Shown piece after piece: positions 1 to 11,221 of a stretch of DNA of 64,000 bases (the stretch's first letter is position 1; every line of letters starts with the position of its first letter). The DNA is taken from positions 33,790,001 to 33,854,000 of the forward strand of contig OZ249441.1 of NCBI GenBank assembly GCA_965235115.1, written 5' to 3'. Below the pieces are notes generated by a model. It searched no databases, had not been told where the DNA came from, and worked only from the letters and a program-made list of their open reading frames with translations. The stretch comes from Laetmonice hystrix (Eukaryota). A program made the position numbers and the translations under genes.

Positions 1-58
1 CCGTGTAATAACAGGGGAATTCCCACGCTGAGTTTCAGTGCTGCGCGCCTCTCACAGT

Positions 59-216
59 CAGCGCCCCTCCCGGAGAGCGGAGGCAAATTAAAACTCCTGC
101 TAATTATCATGTTTAGCTTCGGTCCGAGTTTTAGTTAACAAAAATCATCATACTGCAGTATTGCAGTAACAGTGTGTCTTCATATAGATGTCATATGTGA
201 CTATAGGGACAGGTAA
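59..216 (+). repeat. Dispersed ~160-bp repeat, copy 1 (inverted copy at 6527-6686)
   Basis: GCGCCCCT...AGGCAAATT.AAACTCCTGCTAATTATCATGTTT.AGCTTCGGTCCGA...CATCATACTGCAGTATTGCAG...AGTGTGTCTTCATATA matches the reverse complement of 6527-6686. Confidence 0.8.
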
Positions 217-1188
217 GTGTTTTATTCTCGAATATACTAAAGATGCCACTTTAAGAACTCCGTCCCTGCTATGTCTTACCTCGTCAAAATCTTAGGCCTA
301 CCTTCTGTCCCGAGGATACTTCCTAGGTTTAATGTACGTATATATTGTTAACAGACAGCAGCGAAATGCGCTGTCACCTTCACATTCCACATTTCTTGTC
401 GGGAGCACTCAAAAACAACGCTGCTTTTCGCCATCGGGAATGTGCGTTGCAACGGGTGAGATGATCACGTGATTGCGGCTATAGTCTCGCGTTCTGTGAA
501 AAGGGTGTAAAGTCGCCCGGCTAAAATTCTATCGCGTAGGTGGGCTGCAGGTCTATAGGAAAAGACGCGCGTCATTCCAAACTTGCTGGGTTTTTTTAAA
601 TATTTAAAATAAATATTCACGAAATCCAAACAGGCAAGTAGGCAGTGCTATGGGACACAATTACCAGACTATATACAAGCAGTATTTTTGTAAAATCTAT
701 ATGAAATAATTGACACTATTCCTTTAATGGATATTACACTTTCCCCTTCAGATCCACCTTGAGGTTCTATATCTGATGTGAACAAACACCTAAAATAGGC
801 CATGACGTATCCGCAAACATAATTCAGGTTAGGCTACGATCTGGGCCTGGCTTTCAACTTCAGCATGGACCTGGCTGTTGGATGCAGCGGTTTGGCTAGC
901 AGCAGACAAGCATGTCCTGGGTGCTGATTCGCTGCACAGAGTAGGCCAGGATCTATAGTTTACAGGACCAACGGAACTGCTCTGACGTCATGACGTAGAG
1001 GAAGAAGTTGATGGCGTAGTTCATCAGTCCAAGAATCAGGCTGCAGATTTCGGTGAAAACGTGACGAGGTCCCTGGACATTGACGGAATGGGAGAAAATA
1101 TCAGCAACCAAACGACGTGATATTTTAAGGTTCGAGAGGATTCGTGAAGATTTAAAGGAAAACACTTGTAAAATGAATGTTGTAGGTA

Positions 1189-2118
1189 GGGGAGACCGGG
1201 GCTAAAACAAAAGTCACAGGGGTTGGTTGTCACATGCGTTGTAGTTCCTTTACTAGCCACAAGGGGAAGTATTGACACGGCTTAGTTCTTGCAGTAGACT
1301 GTCATACTTCAACAAACGTCATTTCCGTCGTCAGCACGTCTTGGGTAAAAAGTTGTGTCAACTTTTATATAATAATATTTTTTAGTAATTTTTGAGTATT
1401 TTACTAATATTGTAGGCCCCCCTAATTGGAAGTACACTGCTACAGATAGATACGAAGTAAATAACCAATTGTATAGGCCCCTAAAGGCTAAAGACATATG
1501 CTTGCTGCATAATGGTAGGGAACTTAAGTCACCATGGTAATATAGTTGGCCTACATAGACCGGGAAATGTAACAAAGTCTGCTGGGGCTGGTTGTCACGT
1601 TAGATTTGGGGTCACATGTGACAACCAACCCCAATGGCATTTCCAATACAAAAATCCCTAATCGTAATCACTATTAGGGTAAGGTCGGGTAATATGGGCA
1701 ACCCTTTTACAATTGACTGTAGAATGAAAACAACATATGATAGCATAGACTCTATTCTCCCAATGTTTATATGAACAATTGTTGACTTTTCGATCCGAAG
1801 CGTGCATAATAATGTGTGTGTTTGACAAGCTAAAAATATTATTGACAAGATATTTATCGATTCTGCCCATATTAATCATTCCCATGTACTGTGACAACCA
1901 TCCCCCTCATGGGGCTGGTTGTCACATCATGGAATAAATATTTGTTTAGGCCTATTCATTTAATATTATTTCCGTTTATAATACGGGGCTAATAAAATGC
2001 ATGAGACTACCCAAGATATTATATTTGTTCATGGTAAGGCTAACACAAAGTGTCGTATTTACTGGGGCCCAAAAAATATAAAAGTGTAAAAAGTGTGACA
2101 ACCAGCCCCGGTCTCCCC
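1189..2118. mobile_element. Non-autonomous DNA transposon (TA-flanked, Tc1/mariner-pogo-like) in GPCR intron
   Basis: TIRs GGGGAGACCGGGGCT (1189) and AGCCCCGGTCTCCCC (ends 2118), with TA on both sides. The subterminal motif GGTTGTCAC recurs about 6 times in both orientations. No transposase ORF. A related single end (CCCCATCTTCCCTA) lies near 4546-4560. Confidence 0.8.
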
Positions 2119-2337
2119 TACCTAGGCCTATCTACTGTCCATCCAACCTGCGTACGGAGAAAGGTGCATCACTGACCTGTTCTACGAAGTTCTGTGTTAC
2201 GAACACATAGCCTACATGGGGGCACAGTGGTGCATAATAATAGGCCAAGGGCAAGGAAATCGATAATAGTCACAGTCACCTATAAAATACAAACGACATG
2301 TCTGAAACACTAAAAAGATAATAATGCATGACCGTAT

Positions 2338-2545
2338 CAGGCGCGTGTTCAGGATTATCAGCGAGGGGGGGTCTCAGAAATTTTTTAAAAAACAAAAGCT
2401 CTGAGACGCCATTCCTCGCCATTTAGGGGCAATTTTAGGGCATTAGGCCTATATTTTGTGGATTGCGAGAATGCCTAGAAAAAATAGCCCTATGGGAGTA
2501 GGGGGTCCGGACCCCCTAGAACCCCCCCCCCTGGACACGCCCCTG
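2338..2545. mobile_element. MITE, CAGG(G/C)GCG...CGCCCCTG family, 5-bp TSD
   Basis: Ends CAGGCGCGTGTTCAGG and CCTGGACACGCCCCTG are inverted repeats. Flanks CGTAT / CGTAA. Internal GGGGGTCCGGACCCCC palindrome. Confidence 0.7.
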
Positions 2546-5039
2546 CGTAAAAGGATTCTCATTGAATGCAAAGCGGTAGAGAAAGGGCGTTGAGATCATG
2601 AAAAATATAGATCTAGGCAGGCGTGATCGGGCGTCAGGGGGTCATAAGCATTGGGGACACGATCGGCACGAAGCACTCCCGATCGCCCGCCAATCGCTCC
2701 TCGATTCGCCTCCCGGCCCGAACGGGCGCCGAACCGATTGTCACCAATCGGTTCGGGGAGGGCAGTGCGTCATAGCCTTTACAATGTCGATTACATGTCC
2801 TGTATCAAAATGACAGATTGTTTTATTCAAAGATACTATAAAGAAAGGAAAAGGGACATCCCCTTACCTTGTGTGTTTTTTAACCGTCCTTGGCTACCTC
2901 TGCCATCATTCCCCTCACGCCTAGATTCAGCCCGAGTTAGTTTCATGATGATACTAACGTTACGGACGAGTAATGACCGGAATGTAGGAGTAGAGAACGG
3001 CTGTCAAGCACGGACTCACGTCGTTCATAAACATCTCATGGCGTCGTGTTGGTTCACACTTCCCGCTCTCCTCTCCAACATTCCGTAATGATTGTTAAAA
3101 CTGAAAGGAGGTTGTCAACAGGTTCAAAACGGCGGAAATGCTTAGAAAAAATCGCTGAACGGGTTCAAAACGGCGGAAATGCTTAGAAAAAATCTATGCT
3201 CTGTGGGAGCAGGGGGGGGGGGTCCGACCCCCTGGACCCCCCCCCCCCCCCCGGACAGAGGCGGGCCTTCAGCGGAAAGTTGATGGCGATGAAACGCTCA
3301 AATGTCACGCCCACAATGGACCACGCTGACGTCGTGTAACACACGTTGAAAAACCTCAGTACAAACCCAAAAACTCACAGCGATACATGTCTACAACTTC
3401 TACATGAGAATACGGGCAAGGCTACGGGCAAGGAACCCGTGAAATGGCGAGGTTGTAGGCCTATTCTGCCGTGACATGACAGAAGGAAGCAAGTCCAAAA
3501 GTTCAAGTTTCGAGAAATGGACATAAACAAGTTGTCTCTACAGTGCAGTTGGATGGACGTGCCTCCTTCTGTCATGTGACTGATAGCTTCATAGAAGGAT
3601 GTGTAGCAGAAATACACCCATTGATAGATAGGGCTTACTTCCCTGAATCCAAATTTACACTTAAGTCGATTTTGGTGAAAGTTGGACTTGCTTCCTTTTG
3701 TCATTTCACGGCAGTATTGCTCAGTATGGTCTCTTATAGCTCTGAAAAAAGTTGAGCCAAAATGGTTTTTTTTCAAACCGTTGAAGATCCTAGAAAGGAT
3801 TGGAAAAGTGATTACAGTGTAACAAAACGATTTCAAGACGTAATTAAATTTATAAACGAATCTTACCATCTGTGGAAGAGACAGAATCCGTAATTGCCCA
3901 TGAGGTAGATATTGAGTTGCAGGGAGAGCCAGTTGTTGAGGAAGTCCAGGACCAGCACCAAAGTATCGGCCACAGCCAGACCGGCAAGCATACAAACGCA
4001 ATTAGCTGCTGCCATCTAGCGTTGACTATATGTACTGTTAGTCTATGTGATGTACGTCTTGGAACAAGCCATGCAGACGACGTCAGTTCATCCAGTGCCC
4101 GATGATCGAAGTCAAAAAGTGACGTCTCTGACCTATAAGATAGACCTAAGTATGGCAGACTAGATGTCATCACTTGTAATCAAGACAGCCTGGAGTGATT
4201 GTACCCATTGATAAGTCAGTTAGTGAACTAATTTATAGGATAAAAGAATCCAACTCTCTCATGCGTACCTCCTGTATGACATTGACAGAACATGTGAGTT
4301 TGAAGGTGGGGCAATATTAATTTTACCCCATATAGGTGGGCCATTTTGTACAACCCATTGGACAAAATGGCCCACTTTGGCAAAATATTTCTTGGCAGAT
4401 TTTCCTGGAAATGGCTTGTAGGATTCATGTTCACTTCATCTATGTTGCTGCTGATAAGGTCATGTTTCAATTGCATATAGTCAGCTCCTCTTCGTAGTGC
4501 ATTAACTTATTGAAAAATCACCCTGAAGCTTAAGGTGGCCATTTTACCCCATCTTCCCTACAACCTCTCCCCTTCGTGCGAATCACAGGGTGATAAATAA
4601 AAGACTGAATAGCGATTACAGCAAAGAGTGTACTATCATACTACACTCTTTATACAAGATCTGTTCACCAGGGGCTTTATGGGGATTTTTTTAATTGACT
4701 TCCCTACATCACTGACCCTGATTCTTCGGTTAACTGGTCACAATTAATGACCTAATCTCATCCTTGGTCATCCAATAATGTAAAAAAACCCAGACATTTT
4801 CTTATGTACGCTTTTGGGGGGAGGGGGGGGGGGTCATCAAAAGGAGTACACTTTGTAGCCTACGCTTGTGAAAATGTTGAAAATGTTGAACCACCCCTAA
4901 GTTGAACAAGTTTGCTGATGTTGCATGACATGGGCCGATGTAAATACGATATATTCAGCGACGATTGAGGGAACGAACTGTAGATGGCAGATCCGCATGT
5001 CACAAGACACAAATATGAGTTAAATGGAAGGAGAGAAAC

Positions 5040-5375
5040 GTGTTTACGCGTGAATTTTGTCGATTTGCTTGCCAGTCCTATACCTGCTTATTAAAGCATC
5101 TAGAGACACATCAGATATCCAAAGATTCAAAAGTTGCGTGTGGTTATCCAACATGTTTTGCAACTTATTCAAGCATTAAAAGTCTGAGACGACATCTCCG
5201 GAAAAAGCCTAGAGATTGCTATCTAGGATATCCTGAAGTGAATCAGTGTGCAGATGATAATGCACAAGAAACTCATCCTGAAGTAATGGTAGAACCACCA
5301 AATTATCCCCAAGAACAGGAACTCGAGGAAGAAGTTGAGGACAGTACTGATTATGAGAGGTCTGGGGCATTGTAA
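5040..5375 (+). mobile_element. Two degenerate C2H2-like zinc fingers, probably the N-terminus of a decayed transposon-encoded protein
   Basis: ORF contains C..C/A..Y..LLKHLETH and CGYPTCFATYSSIKSLRRHLRKK, then an acidic stretch and an early stop. No further exons found; nearby DNA has degenerate direct repeats (5570-5725). Confidence 0.35.
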
Positions 5376-6526
5376 AAAAAATAGCTCAGACACTTTAAAG
5401 CTTTTTTGAGATGGAAAATGGCGTTGACATCTTATGGTTCATTTATATGTGCAAGTTCGTGCCAGTGGATCTGTAAATGATCTTTTGAAAAATATATAGT
5501 TTAACACGAAAGTAGCACCGTTTATTTATTATTGACTGTGAATTGCAGTTCGTGTCAGTTTAGTTTAATCTGACTAACTTTGTATTCCAAACATAATCAC
5601 ATTGACCTCGGTTAGACAAAGAAAAACCGTGTAAGGTAATCGTCGAAGTCAAATGGTCAGTTAGACAATATGACTAACTTTCTATTCCAATAGTCACATT
5701 GACCATGGTTAGACACAAAAAAAACTTGGAAACTTCGGAAAAATAGCCACAGTCATATTTGCTAACAATTTGGCAAATACTTAGTAAATTCGACTAACTT
5801 TCTAACATCATTTTTTTCTGTACTGATGCAGGATTTTGCAACCCGGGAGGGGGCTATAGATAGGTCTGTAGATGTGGGAGGGGGCCTTGCAGGTTCGGAT
5901 CCTCTCCGCCCAGTGCCACTGCCGGGGTAAGGTTGGGCGTGTAGTGCATAGCCCTATATGCAATGTTAAAGTTCCATCGTTAGTATCTTCGGGAATAAAA
6001 CACTTACCTGTCCCTAGCCTACGTAGTAAGCCTTGCGCCGAGCCAGCAAGGCTTACAGGCAGTCGAATTAAATTCCTGGCGGGTCAGACCACACCCAGGC
6101 CAGACCACCACCGCTTGCACTGATCAACTCACCGGCATCCATTTATCTCGACAGTAGGTGTGTGGGGTCCTGAAGCAGTGTTTCTAATAGTACAACGTCA
6201 AATTCATGTCTAGATCACCCGTTTAACGGCGTTTTACCGGCCGCCATGTTGCTTTTGATATCCCAGCATGCATCTCTCCGACGGTTAACGAGCATTGAAA
6301 TTTCTCGGTTCGAGAGATGTGACTGTCTTTATTGTGTCGCATCGTGCTTTTCCAGCTTGCAGATATGAGAGATAAGTTATTTTGAGATGATTTATCAATA
6401 TTTCATCAACATATAGAGACAAGGGAGGGCTTTTCATGGAAAACAGAGGATTTGTCCGGGTACGCTCGGAAATTCTGAATGGCGACCTTCGGCTCTGTAC
6501 AGAGCACAGAGCCGAATTCTTTGGCT

Positions 6527-6686
6527 AACCTGTCCCCTATAGCCACATATTGACATATATATGAAGACACACTGATGCTGCAATACTGCAGTATGATGGT
6601 TTCTGTTAACTAACATTCGGACCGAAGCTAAAACATGATAATTAGCAGGAGTTTGAATTTGCCTCTGCTTTCCGAAAGGGGCGCTG
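6527..6686 (-). repeat. Dispersed ~160-bp repeat, copy 2
   Basis: Reverse complement aligns colinearly with 59-216, with scattered substitutions. Confidence 0.8.
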
Positions 6687-7902
6687 CAAATGACGTCGAA
6701 CAACATCCCATAATAGTCCTAGGTCTTCAGGTATCGCTCCACCATTTTGATCATCATCATACGCTTGCTCAGTAAATATGCATCCGAGGGACGAAAGTCG
6801 ATGTATGCAACAGAATCAGCTAAAATGCTGAGAAAGAATGAGTTGGACGGAAGACGTGACCGTGCTCGTGGCATTGAAATAGGTCGGTGGATGGCCTTGA
6901 AACCCCACGCTCCGACTCGTCTGAGCGTCACCTGAGACTGAAACTGAGCGTGGGAATCTACGATTATCCAAAATGGCCAAGCGGTTTGAAGGTAGAACGT
7001 TGGATTGTAACGGAGCCAGCTGAGCGTTCTCACATTGTATTTGGTTGGTCTCACTTCAATTTATTTGAGTTTTACATGTGACACTAAGCTGATTTATATG
7101 GCAGGATGTCGATATTACAGGTTTTAAAAACAGTGGACCTTTAATCAATGGCGTCGATTAATTGGAGGGATACCCTTTCTTTTCGAAAGCTAGTAAAGGA
7201 AAGCTAAGTGTCGTAAAAAAGTTTAGAAAAGTTTGATCTGAATTTTTATTTTTAAATTCGAAATTTAGCTTTAATAATGGTTTCTTGGGGGGGGGGGTAA
7301 CATTATTTATGCATCTACGTCCATGCCCCCAACATCACCACCAACAAGGTTGGTGTAACAGAATAGCCAATGTGTTCTGTCCACTACTTCCAGATTTGCT
7401 ATCATACAAGTTGCAATAAAAAGTCGAACAGAAATGTATTATAGAACTTCAAACTATTCATCTAACAAACTATCGTTTAAATCTGAGGCTTGAAGTGATT
7501 GCCATTAATTCTGTGGAGGCTACATAAGTACAACAGAAGGCGTGTATTATATATCGGTTGTCATTAGGATCGGGGTTAGGCAGGATAACACGAGTTCTTA
7601 ATGTTACATTCGCGTACACATGTGCTTAAAAAAAGTTCAACTAAATATCACTCTATCAGTTTTGACATTTATTTCGCAATCCCGAACTCTGTAAAACCTC
7701 GGTAACCCTGCGCATCCGGTAACACAGATTGTTTTTGTACGAAAAAAAAAACTTAGTGCACGTTTTTATTCCATTTTCCAGCTCATAAATATTTTTTATA
7801 CATAATATATTCATTTCAGTGGCGCGGTATCCACAAAGTCTCGCCATGGACGTGTATATAAAATAAGACACCGGCTGGTATATATAGTCCCTAATTGTAA
7901 TC

Positions 7903-10554
7903 TCACTGCACGCACACCTTCTTAACGTCATCGAATACCAGATTGGGAGGACAGGCCAAGTAGAACGCCTTGCAGCATGTGCATGGCTTGCCGCTGGAGA
8001 AGGAGCAGCCACATTGGATGAAATTGTTGGGTCGGGTCGGGTCGGCGTACAGTCCGGACGGGTTATCGTGACAGTTGCCATCACACGGGTCTGAAACACA
8101 AACATTATATCAAAGTTCCTCATCATTATTATGCTCTCTTTCATTGCCTTTCTATAGGCCTAGGCCTACTCTTTCCGTGGTGTGATATTTCAGCGCACAG
8201 CTGCCCGCGGGATTTATTCGAAATTTATATTATATCAGGAACGATGGGATTTGCATAAGTCCCCTGGGTATAGGTTAACATGCTGCAGGACTTTTATTTC
8301 AGACCCAAAGAATTCTAACAAAGCATCACTAACCATATGCAGGTTTAGGGGATGAGTTGTCTTGCAGAGTGTTCTTACTGTAATCGTCTTGAACCTCATA
8401 TTGTCGGTTCTCATCCTTGTAGTGTCGGCTCTCGTCCTTGTAGTGTCGGTTCTCGCCCTTGTACGGCCGGTTTCCATCCTTGTAGTGGCGGGTATCATCC
8501 TTGTAATGTCGGGCCTCATCCTTGTAGTGTCGGCTCTCATCCTTGTAGTGCCGGTTCTCACCCTTGAAGTGTCGGCTCTCATCCTTGTAGTGCCGGTTCT
8601 CACCCTTGAAGTGTCGGCTCTCATCCTTGTAGTGCCGGTTCTCACCCTTGAAGGGTCGGCTCTCATCCTTGTAGTGCCGGTTCTCACCCTTGAAGTGTCG
8701 GCTCTCATCCTTGTAGTGCCGGCTGCCATCCTTGTTCTGTCGGTTCTTATCCTTGTAGCGCCGGTCCTTTGACTCTGACATGTAGTTACTCTGACCGTAC
8801 GGTAGCATACTGTAGGCGTACCAGCCGGACCTAAGGTAGGGATAGCCCGGGTAACCGAAATACCTGCCATGGTAGGGACCGTAGTAATTCGCCCCATTGT
8901 TAGGTTTTACACGAGTCGGCGTCTCGGTGGTGTCCCCCTCCTCCTGAGAATCGTCCGGTGGCCCGTCAGTCGGCAGGTAGTCCTGGGTCTGCAGGTCCGA
9001 CCCGTCAGTCGGCAGGTAGTCCTGGGTCTGCAGGTCCGACCCGTCAGTCGACAGGTCGTTCTGGGTCTGCAGGGCCGACCCGTCCGAGTAGAGGGCAGGG
9101 GCGGGAGGACTCCCACACATTTGTTCGCTTTCGCCTAAAACAAAATTGTAGAAGACGTTAAACCTTTTACTTCTCTCACCGTTTTACGTTATCATGCTTT
9201 GGAAAAATAGGAAAGAGATTACGTCTACACTTACAATAGGATCTCTTTTTTTATCACATGACAATAAATTCAAAGGTCAACTCGACCTATGTAGCTGTTG
9301 TACGTACCGATTTGTCCGCCGTTACAGAGATGGCCCTCACAGAACCACCAGAGGGATTTGGCCGGTCCCTGGTATTTACAGTTGGTGTCTACGTTCACCA
9401 GCCAGGGCAAGTTTTTCATGTCAGCGCAGCCACGATAAACCACTAGGGAATTCACAATTATAGAATTAGGTATTAGAGCCGGTAGCAAGCCTCCCCTCGA
9501 AGCTGCACTAGCAAAAATTAAAATTTTCCGTGGAAATGGTACACTGCCCCCCCCCCCCCCCGTAAAATATTGGACAGGTAGCAGGATCAAATCGCTATCC
9601 TAATATTTCACTAGAGTGGTATCATCCTATAGAGTGCTCTAGTCCTCGGTTCAGAGCACTCTAGAGCGATTTCATCCTAGGATCAGAACACTCTAGAGTG
9701 ATTTCATCCTAGGATCAGAACACTCAAGAGTGAAATCATCCTAGGATCAGAACACTCTAGAGTGATTTCATCCTAGGTTCAGAACACTCTAGAGTGATTT
9801 CATCCTAGGTTCAGAACACTCTAGAGTGATTTCATCCTAGGTTCAGAACACTCTATAGTGATATCATCCTAGGTTCAGAACACTCTAGAGTGATTTCATC
9901 CTAGGATCAGAACACTCTAGAGTGATTTTGTCCTAGGTTCAGAACACTCTAGAGTGATTTTATACGGGGTAGTGATTTGATACTCATACACCGGACCCTG
10001 GACCTGCTTTAGTCTATTCCAAGTTGCCCTTGCACTTTCCACTTTATATGTCATGACATAAAAGGACCCTATACTTACATCCGTTGTCTTCCTTGCGTAT
10101 GAAGCAGCGTCCAGACTCACAAGGTCTCTGTGAGACGGCACTCCACTGTTCGTCGTCCTTGACCAGGCTACATCTCTGAAAGCCCACCTCAGCCACCGGC
10201 CCCGCCCAGCTTTTGTAGCCCTTGATGAAACCGGACGGAGCATAGTTACAGTCGTAACATTTGCTCCCTGCAGGATTTAAAGCAACATTAATTCTGATCC
10301 GATCACAGAGGAACAATGCCGGATGAAGCTAAATAAAAGATTAAACAAAAGTAACACTTGGGATTGGAGGGGGGGGGGGGAGATCACTAATGTTTGGGTT
10401 AAACAGAAATTGGCTTTATCCTATCAATTTAAACATTTGAATTCCAATAGTTTGTGAATTCGTTAAGTAAACAAAAATGACAACCTGGTATCCTCTGGTA
10501 TGTTTCTCTGGCCAATGCCGAAGTGGCCAGCATCAAAACTAGCATGACACTCAT
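7903..10554 (-). CDS. Secreted protein A (~460 aa): signal peptide + Ly6/uPAR-like 10-Cys domain + Tyr-rich and H(Y/F)K heptad repeats + variant chitin-binding type-2 domain
   Basis: Exons (minus) 10554-10485, 10267-10079, 9442-9308, 9134-8334, 8090-7903. All are GT-AG and phase 1, and they sum to 1383 nt with an open frame. Signal peptide MSVMLVLMLATSALA. Domain KCYDCNY..GFQRCSL..PCESGRCFIRK..NGLVYRGCAD..NC..WWFCEGHLCN..MCG. Last exon DPCDGNCHDNPSGLYADPTRPNNFIQCGCSFSSGKPCTCCKAFYLACPPNLVFDDVKKVCVQ*. The exon-3 donor could alternatively be 9287 (same phase). Confidence 0.85.
8404..8760 (-). repeat. Coding 21-nt tandem repeat: 17 heptads, consensus H-(Y/F)-K-(D/G)-E-(S/N)-R
   Basis: Counted in ORF 8329-9120 from RYKDKNR to HYKDENR. 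The central part alternates HYKDESR/HFKGENR (42-nt higher-order period). Confidence 0.95.
9578..9985 (+). mobile_element. Inverted-repeat-bounded element carrying a 32-bp tandem array (intron 2 of protein A)
   Basis: About 10 units of CTCTAGAGTGATTTCATCCTAGGTTCAGAACA, bounded by ATCAAATCGCTATCCC and GGGGTAGTGATTTGAT. A second copy lies inverted at 19248-19721. Confidence 0.75.
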
Positions 10555-10603
10555 CGTTGCGCCCAGTGAGTGGACTGTCCCCCTCAGATCATCCTGAGAG
10601 GTG

Positions 10604-10611
10604 TATTTAAA
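10604..10611 (-). promoter_or_regulatory. TATA-like box of protein A gene
   Basis: TTTAAATA on the minus strand ~50 nt upstream of the ATG, with an Inr-like CAGT about 30 nt downstream. Confidence 0.35.
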
Positions 10612-10863
10612 GTCTGAGAACATCTGTTGCCAGGTTTTGACGTCCCACGCTTGACCCGGGTCCAGCGGATGAACTTAACAACCGAAGGTAGACGTGACAC
10701 AAGTTTGGCACCGTCCGACCACCGGGGGAGGACACAACATCCAGGCAGCCGTTGCCCCCCCCCCCCCCCGAGGTACTCCGTGCTTGCGTCATGTTGTCGC
10801 ATTTCTCAATATAGCATCATAATACACGGTCACAAACGGGTGGTAGTCTATACTCCATAGATC

Positions 10864-11120
10864 CAGGGGCGGATCCAGGATTTTGGTAAAGGGGGGTGTT
10901 TAAGAGGGAGAATTTGCTTGGGGGGTTAGCATGGTCAATTTAGAAATTTCAATGGTGAAAAAAGACAAATTGGCTGCCGGGGGGGGTGTAAATAAAACAA
11001 AAACTTGTAACGAACTCAAATTTGAGCCCAGAGCAGAAGGGGCGGAAGACCGGTCACTACCGAGTCAGTTTGGTCAAAGTTATGGAAATAAAAAAAAACC
11101 CTCCCCCGGATCCGTCACTG
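10864..11120. mobile_element. MITE, CAGGGGCGGATCC family
   Basis: CAGGGGCGGATCC ... GGATCCGTCACTG inverted ends. Flanks AGATC / GGATC (5-bp TSD with one mismatch). Confidence 0.7.
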
Positions 11121-11221
11121 GGATCGGGATCATTATACAGGGGGTATTGGCTGAGAGTAATAGTTGCAGATCTTCTCTCAGGGTTCCGTGCATTTAGAAT
11201 CCATTCAAAGTTGAGCTTGAG

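Larger units (their letters stand above)
829..4015 (-). pseudogene. Rhodopsin-class (peptide/FMRFamide-receptor-like) GPCR, degenerate multi-exon pseudogene
   Basis: Manual minus-strand translation. 4015-3867 gives TM2-ECL1 (MAAANCVCMLAGLAVADTLVLVLDFLNNWLSLQLNIYLMGNYGFCLFHR-W, then GTAAG). An exon from 3354 gives TM3 (FFNVCYTTSAWSIVGVTFERFIAINFPLKARLC), cut off by a G/C-run insertion, so TM4 is missing. ~3060-2868 gives ECL2-TM5 (KCEPTRRHEMFMNDVSPCLTAVLYSYIPVI, frameshift, NVSIIMKLTRAESRR). A doubtful TM6 exon lies at ~2275-2148. 1072-953 gives TM7 (GPRHVFTEICSLILGLMNYAINFFLYVMTSEQFR) then a stop, with the likely tail continuing in another frame to 829. Confidence 0.8.

Noticed and set aside
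3375-4173. 208-aa and 107-aa minus-strand ORFs
   Set aside because: They overlap the GPCR TM2 exon in the wrong frames; no recognisable motifs.
8235-9161. Overlapping ORFs on other frames or strand, including the very hydrophobic plus-strand ORF 8362-8772
   Set aside because: Shadows of the 21-nt and 39-nt coding repeats of protein A; no independent splice or start context.
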